Source: a virus
Lineage: Duplodnaviria > Caudoviricetes
Virus record (IMG/VR): IMGVR_UViG_3300035701_000035
Span: 1 to 58,729 of that record
Reading direction: 5' to 3' (one strand)
Length of the DNA stretch: 58,729 bases
The first letter of the stretch is position 1; the number at the start of each line of letters is the position of its first letter. This document shows positions 17,101 to 25,310 of this stretch, piece by piece. The notes below the pieces were generated by a model. It was not told the DNA's origin, ran no database searches, and saw only the letters and a program-made list of their open reading frames with translations. Position numbers and translations under genes: made by a program.

Positions 17101-18601
17101 GTACCTCTTGTGCACCTTCTACTACGTTTGCTTTAAAATAGTTAAGACCTACTTTACCATATGTAGCAGGTTTTACTAAAGATTTAATTGCATTGACAAA
17201 ATTAATTCTTTGTTTTACAAAAGTACCTTCTAATGCAGTTTTTCCTGGTTTAAAGAGAACTTGAAATTCTTTTCCTACATTAGTAACCACTTTACCAAAA
17301 CCAAATTTTGGAATACCTTTTAAGAAACTAGCATTTGTAAGTGATGGAAATACAAGTTTATTAGAATAAAATATTAAACCTGTATTATTAAGAGTATTCC
17401 AAAAAGAACCTTTTGATGCTTGTCTCATCATAGCCTCTTGTTCCTCAAGACCTGGACCTCTACCATTATTTTCTTCTACAAATTTATTATACAATTTATC
17501 ATATGTTTGATATCTTGTAAAACCTCCTTCAAGTTTACCCTCAGAAAGTGCCATGTTCATAGACATAACATCATGCCACAATGCACCAGCAGTAGTTGCA
17601 CTTCTTGCTAAGTTTGTAAGATTATCTGTATCTTTTAATTGCTTTAAAGCTGTTGTAGTATTATGTAAAGGATTCATAAAAGTTTTAAATCCTTGACCTG
17701 CAGATTTATATAGTTCTTTTGCTTTACTTAAATTACTAAAGTTTTTTACATCAGATAATAACAGACCTGTTGCTCTACTAGTTTCTACTAATGCTTTAGG
17801 AAGACTTCCTAACTTATTTAAGAATGTACTTCCTCCTTCAATAGCTCCAGTTGCAACATTTCCACCACCAAATAAACCTCCAATCAATGTGCCTTCAACA
17901 GCACCTTCAAGTAAAATACCCATAGAATAAGAGGCAGAGTTAAACATATTAACTGTAAATCCTCCTAGTCCACCTTTAGTAGATGCACCAAGTGCATTAT
18001 AGTATTCATAGTCTCTTGCACTTTGAGGATCTGCATCAAATAAACCATTTCCATCTATTATACTTTTGTAAGATTTAATAGGATCCATAAATCCTTTAGA
18101 TAACATTGGCCATGCAGAATGTGTTGCCCATCTTTGTAAGTCATCACCAAATGTTGTATTCTGATTGAAGAATGTTTCATTATCAATTAACGGATGAAAA
18201 CCAATTTTATTAAAAGTATCCTGACCATAAGCTTTATATCTTGCTCTAAATGTTCCTTTAGGACCTGCATCATAAGCATAAGGTTCAGCATAATTACTTA
18301 CATCTGATTTATTATTTATTTCTGCAAAACCTTTATCAAGTATAGCACCAAATCCACCATCAGTAACTCCGTTTACCCTATTTTCTTTTACATGTGACGG
18401 AGGATAATTAGGAGAAATACCAGATGTATTATCCTTAATATAATTTGTAGTATTAACAAAATTATCCTGCCAATTAATTTTTGGAGCAAGAGGTTGCTCT
18501 ATAGTTGCTTGATTTAAAAAATCACTTTTTGATAGTAATTGATTAATAGGACTAGATTCAGTTTCTAGATTATCTGGATTATTTAATATTTCTTCAGCCA
18601 T
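11189..18601 (-). CDS. Large virion ejection/cargo protein (2470 aa) with a PD-(D/E)xK nuclease domain
   Basis: Lies immediately upstream of the vRNAP as in crAss-like phages. Gly/Ala-rich hydrophobic N-terminal segments, long coiled coils, and GELDLLLVREDGSVAIVDIKTS...AQQSIY (D...DxK plus QxxxY). Confidence 0.85.
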   Translation of the reverse strand: MAEEILNNPDNLETESSPINQLLSKSDFLNQATIEQPLAPKINWQDNFVNTTNYIKDNTSGISPNYPPSHVKENRVNGVTDGGFGAILDKGFAEINNKSDVSNYAEPYAYDAGPKGTFRARYKAYGQDTFNKIGFHPLIDNETFFNQNTTFGDDLQRWATHSAWPMLSKGFMDPIKSYKSIIDGNGLFDADPQSARDYEYYNALGASTKGGLGGFTVNMFNSASYSMGILLEGAVEGTLIGGLFGGGNVATGAIEGGSTFLNKLGSLPKALVETSRATGLLLSDVKNFSNLSKAKELYKSAGQGFKTFMNPLHNTTTALKQLKDTDNLTNLARSATTAGALWHDVMSMNMALSEGKLEGGFTRYQTYDKLYNKFVEENNGRGPGLEEQEAMMRQASKGSFWNTLNNTGLIFYSNKLVFPSLTNASFLKGIPKFGFGKVVTNVGKEFQVLFKPGKTALEGTFVKQRINFVNAIKSLVKPATYGKVGLNYFKANVVEGAQEVLQDVLQETTQNYYVDTFKNSDARNYRYASGLLGDAIGKQIGAQGLETFLSGFLMGTVLQAPGVMKKYATIGYNDYLKKDANYKSYLDGREELADTVVEQLNTINKNAKYFFDPKVNNYANIALLNKVIDNSDEHTTKEIRDAEFATFNSAVLSSLQNGTFNMFLKHYEGYKQASPTDLEEAWGLAPGQGVKALERFDKSLENAKKISNRWDTAKDKMKFMANLDDYEKDTEQYKMAEVYNIAYNQALYNYVFLHENFDKNITREQKLYDQLASLSVIKESPFADFTGLTDPNRLQREIEMMKTEVENLESFGTGESLDLATRKRELLELYSNFQDRQEKLVDLFINKSLLDNVKAEILKENPEMSLDDVSLKAIDTIIEQYDNGNSNEFLDYKESFSDLLMGLAGDSKKRMQLEQELQEAGGIDELFDSLLDTHVLRNESAKLAQYVNLLSNPRDFYEHVMRNFKFMKDLYNNREEIVKDIVNQEISAIERNTLLNTLADQGIFVDLEEFNKFIEDPRYFPEYFIDVTNNRMINKGSLLYEEYIGVFMKAAQLAEKKPAGDPLSQKQVLDKRLQDLENERGEKLEAERIKYETKFRDKYGMSEAEYTQQESERVASEELSDEDRKAFEKEKELITKAIDKLASDNYVDVQAAAEVLSTEVLEKQGINALEFFSEQEEVQKADKEKNKAIFNLSQKYDTSDIEDEQEAFGTRIDAALKATIYTEYANVRLAEIETELSKKATAPVIDIKNTKEYLTYQEIVDQINDQYDELAAEIKDDFKKKGIDENTADVYTTKTDFEDFDLPFQTEITDLFDTYLVDVLQEPLSIKTTNPVEYDRLRANWLERQSPLVESFNNIAKQNSLDRANKLSQPPVLKFINTKINAQTTTYVISSIIKRFQKFLENGSYPNTKGKQVQLTPEDISNIKDDIEGLNGYLNARVSAAGPRNIAEQTIEIIQEYVINKQDELVDVTDEDGNVIGRTFKDRGPNDPMPARSTQVAEEVETTLLNKDPFEYNAIKDTVNDDGDVVPSPVENLYNQFFNDPEVQAEDKIRLFMEAFKKKAYQAGKGGWKQFRYQEKLDAVQKSLDTVGTLDDLKRTIQKYAFKESSDAGDYVDTLIRQFLTLNASSKSNFNEFTYDDAVEVKGRMMKISDMMSRKVFDKLFAPVSITNPGGIVTKFRLGIVDGTYTILSENVKLFDRNLRDGNGVTGELDLLLVREDGSVAIVDIKTSTEYKWKEFGKGTQYDKSTYFRAQQSIYGTMFHNNTAITPDLKLMPFSVTLSEDKIGYIEDIELASIVPDGQDTIDLEYLPEVADFGIIKTTPEIKAPIKKEVAAETSTETTVEGGIKESDPVKNKIGENVNQPVIYNGRVGKLVLMPSAEFGVEIVINDDISTLQLTLDTLDANLTLEKQYGTEETISELEKNVKRISEAIKSAKGFTQVFPLQIAGKNVSNGLLKLSDAGVSLVIATDSVGQVSTINGEVINASFSNKDESIASINGVRYDVLRDATGNITVLSYFSKDEEISKIDKQIGDYAQKIGSLRNSLSTEDIESTTKDDIISRIADLQEQIKQLNNKRVSLAEANNKMYIYGENANDYIFALNRLPNGFQRATAKATKANETQDLKSIENLSLSRAIATTITEILSENYPEVLDTLIEDGVQAVKRADLKTITNWAKESITKLESLGYSVINRGDIVDDITNQINALNELLNDLASINLTKNGRISKKQETADQLFGPGNKEVQNRSSVPKNEGTTGTTTKGVSRPATRTELQELVKQSREEGLGETFTEPVETEDVSDAITEINNATLDTINEVYEKAFLDAQKNGTNASQIVAAYKTKLEELKTIVSIQNVAVDEYLISKNPIFTDISDEVVIVVKKKKGLITLKNIKTEESRDFTEDELIDNFEKTTMEAREPEVPVEITPVDIEDFNESKNTIKDLRDNGAEDIAKAKEQSKASDKKSRLDKLGENSKICK

Positions 18602-18606
18602 TTCTA

Positions 18607-21600
18607 TTACTTATTATATTGCCAAAAAGGATTTGTAGTTGTAATACCAAAATTTGATACAGCCTTTTGAATTGCTTCTTGATTACCAGATTCATGAATC
18701 CGTTTAAACATATTAAAATTTATTACAGATACTTGACTTATTAATGAATTCATACCTTGTTCTTTTTCTTCAATTGTTCTTCCACTTCTAACATCAGTAT
18801 CAAGATATTTATAATGTGTTTCCTTAGAACCATCAGGTTTCATTTCATAGTATTCTGCTACACCAACATAATCAGATGTACCTGGAGTTTGCTCAATATA
18901 ATATTTACCATTTTTATTAGGATTTTCATATTTAATTGGTCCCTGTCTTAGAAGAATCTCTGTAGGAGTTGGGAACTGATTTGAAAATAATTTATTACTT
19001 TCCCATACATTTTTAGGTGCAATAAAATAAATACCCTTTTGGTAAATAGCATCAACTTTATTTTTAAGAGCTTTTTCATCCCCACCGTCTGACATACCTT
19101 TAATGACTTGTTCAATAACATCTCTTGGTGCCATTAGTTTCATAGAACCTAAATTATTACTTTCCATTGACATTCTGGTTGCACCAACCATAAAGGGTTT
19201 CATTGTTTTATCACTATTTAATCTAGTTTGCATTTCTCTAATGATAGCAGTTGCTTCATTTTGAGTAACACCCATATCTTCATCAAAAGATCCTGGAAGT
19301 TTATTACCTTCAGTTGTAATTCTAAATTTATTTTCATCTTGATTCCAGTTTGTACTTAAAATAGTATTAAACATTTGTGAAGCAGCTTGATTTCCTGGAT
19401 CAAATACAACACCTGGAGCAACCATCATATTACCTGTTTCAGCAGCAAATGCAACTTTATTACCAGATCTTTTAGTTCCATTAACAGCATACATTTGCAA
19501 ACCAGTTTTAGGATTCATATCTTTTGCAAGTTCTTCAAATGACATATCAAATACATCTGTTACCCAAGAAGCTTCATCTTTAACATTTTCTCTACCATCT
19601 CCTAACATTCTAGGTACATTTGTTAAAGGAAAAACATAGTTATACCATTTTGCATCAGCTTTTTGATTTGTAGTTTTACCTATACTAAAACCAAGAATAG
19701 ATGCTATTTGTCTATCTATTTCAGGAGCCATTTCTTTAAACTCATCTAAATTACCATGAGCATCATGAGTATATCTATTCATCATTAAATTAACAGCTTT
19801 ATCAATTTTAGCAGCATAAACTTTATCATATGATTCAGGATGTGCACTACGAAAATAGTCTTCAGTATCTTTACTTTTTATTTTGTCAACAATAACAGTT
19901 AAATCTTGTGTAAATTTATTTCGGATTTTATCATAATTATTATTTCTAACTACATTTAAAGCATCAGTTGTTCTAGAAAGTTGATCTAACTGAAGCATAG
20001 AAGGATCATTAAAAAATTCTTTTGATAATTCACTTCCTGAATGATGTGCAGTCCAACTTTGCATTACTTTATTTAATTGAAATATTGAACCTGCCTGAGT
20101 ATGTTTATTTGTAAATTCATTAGGATTACTTTTATACTCATCCCAAAGTTGATTCCATACTTTTGTAATATCTGGTTTATAATTTTTACTACCTTCTTTT
20201 AATATTGTTTTTGCTAAAGTATTACTTGGATTTAACATAATAACCATTTTTGCTAATTGAGCAGCTGTAAATGATTCACCTTTAACACCATTATTTATAT
20301 ACTTCATTAAGTTATTTACAGGTTCTGTAGCATATTGAGATATCATTTGATCTTTCATAAGCTTATTTGCACCATCAATTGACATCTCTTCTCCACTGGT
20401 AGTACCATCAGGAGTAGTAAGAGTAACTCCAAAACCTTGTGCTTGAGGATTAGTATTTAATCTTCCATTCTTATCAAAACTCCAGTAACCTTTTTCTATA
20501 TTAAAATCAACAGCTTTTTGTTGCATCTTAGCTTCAGTTTGCATTGCTATTTCACTTTGTCTATCTTGATGAGATTGACTTTGTCTTTCTCTAGCATGCT
20601 TATCTCTTAAAAACTCTAGACCTACAGGATTAGCTTTGTACTCAACTTCCATGTTAAGTGTAGCATAGTTATTTGCAGCTTTCATTATATCTTGTTCTGC
20701 TGCAACAGATGCAAATCCAGCATCTACTTTTAGTCTTGCTAATTCAATATCACTTAGAATATCTTCATCATAACCTTGAACAGTAGTTGTAGCTTGTTTA
20801 TCATTAATCTGATTGTTTAATTTCTCAGCATCATCTGCAACAGCACCATTTATTTTTAAAGCATCATTAAGTCTATCAGCATATGATGATTGTAGAGGAT
20901 TTACATTACCTTGATTTATTTCTTTTTGAAGATTACCTTGTAACTGTTTAGTAGTCTTTAATTCATCTTGAGCTTTAACATTTTTATCAGAAGCATAACT
21001 TTTTAACCAATCATATTTATCTTTAATATATTCTTTCTCAGCTTCAAGTTTATTACCTCCAAATTTTTCAGCATTTTGATTAGCATAGTTCATTCTTTCT
21101 ACAAATGCTTCTTCTCTATACCTATCCTGAATATCAGGTCTGTTTGCATACTCAGCTAAAAATGTATTTTGAAGAGTTGGTAATATTAAATCTCCATTTT
21201 TCTTTTTTATTAGATACAACCCAGATTGATCTGGTACTGTTTGAACTGCACCAATATCATATTTCTTAGCAAGATCCATATATTCTTTGTTAGCATTAAC
21301 AAACGGAGTATAAGTAGCATTACCCATATTTAAAGTCTCATCTAATGTAGCATCTTTAAACATTTGTCTTCTAAGTTCTAAACCTTGAACACCAGTTCCC
21401 CACCATTGACTTCTCTGTTTTTCATCTTGAGAATTCTTTAATGCATTTGCTGAACCATATGTATTTTTCCAATTTTTAGTCCAAGCCATATCTTTCATTA
21501 GATATCTATCTTCATAGAAAGGTTTGAATACTTGAGTTGCTTGAGTTACATTCTGCTCTAGAGAAAGATCTAAACCTGAAACTCTTTTCAAATTAAAATC

Positions 21601-21813
21601 AATATGTTTTAAAAGTTCATCTTTCTTTTCAATATTTTTATCATGTGTAAGATCAGCTCCATATAATTGACCATATAGATTGTTTAATGATTGCCAATTA
21701 GTATCATATTGACTTTGTTTAGTTTGTAATAAATTTCCATAGAAATTTAAGTCAGGCTGAAACGGCTGATAATCCGGTATATAATCTGTTACTCCTTGTA
21801 AGTACGTTGCCAT
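18607..21813 (-). CDS. Putative virion ejection/cargo protein (1068 aa)
   Basis: Long helical ORF; N-terminus YQPFQPDLNFYGNLLQTKQSQYD; first of the three large genes ending in the vRNAP. Confidence 0.75.
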   Translation of the reverse strand: MATYLQGVTDYIPDYQPFQPDLNFYGNLLQTKQSQYDTNWQSLNNLYGQLYGADLTHDKNIEKKDELLKHIDFNLKRVSGLDLSLEQNVTQATQVFKPFYEDRYLMKDMAWTKNWKNTYGSANALKNSQDEKQRSQWWGTGVQGLELRRQMFKDATLDETLNMGNATYTPFVNANKEYMDLAKKYDIGAVQTVPDQSGLYLIKKKNGDLILPTLQNTFLAEYANRPDIQDRYREEAFVERMNYANQNAEKFGGNKLEAEKEYIKDKYDWLKSYASDKNVKAQDELKTTKQLQGNLQKEINQGNVNPLQSSYADRLNDALKINGAVADDAEKLNNQINDKQATTTVQGYDEDILSDIELARLKVDAGFASVAAEQDIMKAANNYATLNMEVEYKANPVGLEFLRDKHARERQSQSHQDRQSEIAMQTEAKMQQKAVDFNIEKGYWSFDKNGRLNTNPQAQGFGVTLTTPDGTTSGEEMSIDGANKLMKDQMISQYATEPVNNLMKYINNGVKGESFTAAQLAKMVIMLNPSNTLAKTILKEGSKNYKPDITKVWNQLWDEYKSNPNEFTNKHTQAGSIFQLNKVMQSWTAHHSGSELSKEFFNDPSMLQLDQLSRTTDALNVVRNNNYDKIRNKFTQDLTVIVDKIKSKDTEDYFRSAHPESYDKVYAAKIDKAVNLMMNRYTHDAHGNLDEFKEMAPEIDRQIASILGFSIGKTTNQKADAKWYNYVFPLTNVPRMLGDGRENVKDEASWVTDVFDMSFEELAKDMNPKTGLQMYAVNGTKRSGNKVAFAAETGNMMVAPGVVFDPGNQAASQMFNTILSTNWNQDENKFRITTEGNKLPGSFDEDMGVTQNEATAIIREMQTRLNSDKTMKPFMVGATRMSMESNNLGSMKLMAPRDVIEQVIKGMSDGGDEKALKNKVDAIYQKGIYFIAPKNVWESNKLFSNQFPTPTEILLRQGPIKYENPNKNGKYYIEQTPGTSDYVGVAEYYEMKPDGSKETHYKYLDTDVRSGRTIEEKEQGMNSLISQVSVINFNMFKRIHESGNQEAIQKAVSNFGITTTNPFWQYNK

Positions 21814-21856
21814 AATCTATCTTTGTTGTAAAAATATTAAAATTTTTTAAGTTTAA

Positions 21857-21873
21857 TAAACTTATAAAGTTTA
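21857..21873. promoter_or_regulatory. 17-bp palindrome TAAACTT-N3-AAGTTTA (copy 1)
   Basis: taaacttataaagttta overlaps the stop of the 1143-aa gene, with an extra half-site at 21849-21855. The same palindrome recurs at 29545. Confidence 0.5.
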
Positions 21874-24800
21874 TAGTATAAATGGAAGCCATGAGTTTAT
21901 ATGAACATACCCATTATCATTATGTGTTGCACCTCCTTTTTTTACTTTTTTTGTTGCTCCATACATAGTATTAATAATATCAGAATTTTTACTATTACTT
22001 TTAAGTCCTTGAGATTTTGATCCACCATTTGCACAAGCTATTAGATCATCAGCACTCATATTTGGATTGTTTTCTTTACAGTCATCATATGCTGTTTGCC
22101 AAACAGTTTTACCACTACCAGCACCTTGACCTGTAACTGTTTTTGGAGTAGGTCTATATGCCATTTCTCCACCATTACCTGGAGTTACCTTATAGTTTTC
22201 ATACATTTGATTTAATGCATCTGTTCTCCATTTATTTGTAATTCCATTTGCATAATAATTTCTAACTTGATTTTTTAATGCTAATTTAGAATTATCAAAC
22301 TGTTGATTAGCAACTGTATTTTGATCATACATTCTTTGAGTAGTAGCCTGATTTAATAAACCATTTTGATTTCTAATATCATTTGCTTTTAACTCAAATT
22401 GATTTGCTATATTACTATTAGCATTATTATACTTAGCAAGTACATCAGCTGCATTCTTAGATGCTTGACCTTGTATACCTGCAGATCTTGAAGACAATCC
22501 TTGAGCTCCAGCAAATTGTGCTGCACCTTGAGTTTGTATGTTTGCTTGTTCTGAATTAGCAGCTAGTTCTCTTGTAGGATCTAAATAAGTAGGTCTTGGA
22601 GTTCCAAGATTTGCATATTGTCCATAAGGCATATATTTCTTAATACCCATTAGATCTGAAAATGCTCCAGTAGTTTTAATAGTATCTTGTAACCATGTTT
22701 GTGCACGACTACCTGGTACAGGATATTCTTGATCTTCTGTACATGGGCAACTACCATCTGGATTAACAGCTATCTCTATTTCAGTACCATCAGAGTTATG
22801 ACAAGGACATGTTTTTTTAGCATCTTCTTCTGTAAGTTCATCAGCAGGTATATCTTCATATACTAAGTTTCTTTTACCTACCATATATTTATGACCAGCT
22901 GTTGTATCACCATATGTAGTAGACTTTCCTGCACCATGTCCATACCAAGTATTATTAGTATAATCATAAGTATCATCTAAAGGAGAAATTTTATTACCAA
23001 TTGCACCATATAATTTTCCCATTGATGATTCATCGGCTGCTCCTGAATGTACAAGACTAACATTACCTAAGAAATTATCCATTGCATATTTTACATCAGG
23101 ATTATCATTATATGCACCTTTTTCATAATCTTGATATGCTTTTGCATATCCGTGCATTGTAGATTGTTGTAATACTCTGTCTCTTCCACTAGGATCTAAA
23201 GGAACACCAAGATTAGTTGACATTGCAGCTACTGTTGTAAAACCTTTATCATTCATACTTTTTATTGCAGCTGTAGCTTCAGGTAAAGTATATAGTTGAC
23301 CTGTTTTTGGATTTACATATTTTTTACTTATAACATCACTTGGTTTATCTAATCTATTACCTATATCAGAAAATAATTGTGGATCTACATCATTAGCTTC
23401 AAACATCAAGTTTCTTTTTTGATGCATTAAAGCTGCCTTTATAATTTCATCATCCTCTGGTAAATTACCATATTTAACAGACCATTTTCTATTTAGATCA
23501 GTAGTTGTTGCATTTTTACCTCTCCAAGCTTCAGGATTATCAACAATTTCTTTTGTATTTTTTATAATCTCAGCTCTAACAGTTGGATTTTCTAAATTAC
23601 TTTTAATTAACAAATATTGAGAAGCTGCAACTCTTCCTGATGCTGTATTAGGAAAACCTTCTAATCCATCATTTGCAATATCTTCTCCACTAGGAATTGT
23701 AAAACCAGAACTTTTTAATCTTTGAGTTGTAATTTTACCATCAGTACCTTTATGTTTTACATTAAGTTGTGGTTCTTTATAACCAGATGTTTTTGGATCT
23801 TTATTTGGATTTTTAGCTTTCCATTCTTCTAAGTGTTTTTGTTTTGCATTCCATATTGCTCTTTCTAATTCTTGATCAGTCATGTTAGAACCATCTACAA
23901 TTATACCAGTTTGAGCTTTTACCATACGTGTAATAGGACCTGATGCAGGAACTCTTTCAGATCTACCTTGATAGTTTTGAGACATACCAGCTCCCATAGA
24001 CATACCATACTCTGCTTGTGGTATATCAAAGAAAGGCATATCATAACCACCCATAGACATTCCATACTCTGCCATTGGAGGAGCTTGTTGTTGCATTTGT
24101 TGTTGTTGCATCATCATTGCTTCTTCTTCTGACATAGGTTGACCTTCTTGACCCATTTGTTCTTGTCCACCTCCTTGACCTTGTTGCATAACTTGTTGTA
24201 CAAGTCCAGTAGCTTCTTCTTGAGAAGCACCCAACTGAGTAAATACTTGTACTATCTCTTCAGGTTGAACACCATTTTCTAATAAACTCATAACAACTTC
24301 AGCAGGTTCAGCACCTCTTTGTAAAGCAGATTGAACTTCTTGTATAACTTGCATCATCTCATCTTCTCCACCACCTTGTTCTTGTGGTGCTCCTTGTTGT
24401 TGCTGTTGTTGCATCATTGCCATTTCTTCAGGAGATGGTTGTTGCATACCTTCTTGTGCTCTTCTTAGTCTTCTCATACCACCACCATACATCATCATCA
24501 TCTCTTCTTGAGACATCTGTGGTTGTTCTTGACTTTGTGCAACTGGTTGACCCTGATTCATTTCCTGAGCTTCTTCTTGTGGGTTTTGCTCATTCTCTGA
24601 TTCCATTGTCTCTTCTGAATTTTCCTGTTGTGACATTTGTTTTTTCAACTGGTCATTCAGTGTGCTGATTTCTTTAGCAGGTAGTATTTGTTCTTCAGTA
24701 ATACCACGTGCTTCCATACATGGTTTTGCTACAGCAGGTATACCTTGTGGGAATCCTTTCATTGACTCTTGTGCTAATGCAAGACATCCAAGTTTGATTA

Positions 24801-25302
24801 CATATTTTTTCATCATCAACTCAGCAGACTTTCTCTCTATTGCATCTGAGTCAGGATCTTCTAATATTTTTCTATACTTTTGAATATCATATTGTTTAGC
24901 AAGTTCTGCAGGAGTAAATGATTTGTTTGTACCACCTTTACCAAACATTGCAAGAACTTTAGGATCTTTAATCATCATACCTCTAGTATCACTAAAGATA
25001 AATGTATCTTCAGGAAGACTTAAAGGTACACCACCACTATGATGTCTTGGTCCTTTAATGATTTGATGTTCTGGTATTCCATCTCCATTTATGTCACCAT
25101 ATACAGTTTCACCTCCTTCTGCTTCTAAGTTAGCTTCTTCTCTAGGGACAGCAGTAATATACTTACTTTCTCTAAGTTTTGGCTTACCAATGTAAGCATT
25201 ATAATCTGCACCACCCATTGAAGGAACATCATTTACTAATGCACCTTGGACTTGATATCCTGTTCTTGCTTGTGGTAATTTTTTAATTCTAACTTTTATC
25301 AT
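21871..25302 (-). CDS. Modular virion cargo-like protein (1143 aa)
   Basis: EAEGGE...GPRHHSGGV region, Q/M/E-rich low-complexity tract, several AQxG and YGG motifs, C-terminal N/Q/A-rich coiled coil. Confidence 0.75.
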   Translation of the reverse strand: MIKVRIKKLPQARTGYQVQGALVNDVPSMGGADYNAYIGKPKLRESKYITAVPREEANLEAEGGETVYGDINGDGIPEHQIIKGPRHHSGGVPLSLPEDTFIFSDTRGMMIKDPKVLAMFGKGGTNKSFTPAELAKQYDIQKYRKILEDPDSDAIERKSAELMMKKYVIKLGCLALAQESMKGFPQGIPAVAKPCMEARGITEEQILPAKEISTLNDQLKKQMSQQENSEETMESENEQNPQEEAQEMNQGQPVAQSQEQPQMSQEEMMMMYGGGMRRLRRAQEGMQQPSPEEMAMMQQQQQQGAPQEQGGGEDEMMQVIQEVQSALQRGAEPAEVVMSLLENGVQPEEIVQVFTQLGASQEEATGLVQQVMQQGQGGGQEQMGQEGQPMSEEEAMMMQQQQMQQQAPPMAEYGMSMGGYDMPFFDIPQAEYGMSMGAGMSQNYQGRSERVPASGPITRMVKAQTGIIVDGSNMTDQELERAIWNAKQKHLEEWKAKNPNKDPKTSGYKEPQLNVKHKGTDGKITTQRLKSSGFTIPSGEDIANDGLEGFPNTASGRVAASQYLLIKSNLENPTVRAEIIKNTKEIVDNPEAWRGKNATTTDLNRKWSVKYGNLPEDDEIIKAALMHQKRNLMFEANDVDPQLFSDIGNRLDKPSDVISKKYVNPKTGQLYTLPEATAAIKSMNDKGFTTVAAMSTNLGVPLDPSGRDRVLQQSTMHGYAKAYQDYEKGAYNDNPDVKYAMDNFLGNVSLVHSGAADESSMGKLYGAIGNKISPLDDTYDYTNNTWYGHGAGKSTTYGDTTAGHKYMVGKRNLVYEDIPADELTEEDAKKTCPCHNSDGTEIEIAVNPDGSCPCTEDQEYPVPGSRAQTWLQDTIKTTGAFSDLMGIKKYMPYGQYANLGTPRPTYLDPTRELAANSEQANIQTQGAAQFAGAQGLSSRSAGIQGQASKNAADVLAKYNNANSNIANQFELKANDIRNQNGLLNQATTQRMYDQNTVANQQFDNSKLALKNQVRNYYANGITNKWRTDALNQMYENYKVTPGNGGEMAYRPTPKTVTGQGAGSGKTVWQTAYDDCKENNPNMSADDLIACANGGSKSQGLKSNSKNSDIINTMYGATKKVKKGGATHNDNGYVHINSWLPFIL
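23993..24072. repeat. 23-bp direct repeat encoding AEYGMSMG twice
   Basis: cccatagacataccatactctgc (23993-24015) and cccatagacattccatactctgc (24050-24072) differ by one base. Confidence 0.8.
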
Positions 25303-25310
25303 TGGTATAA

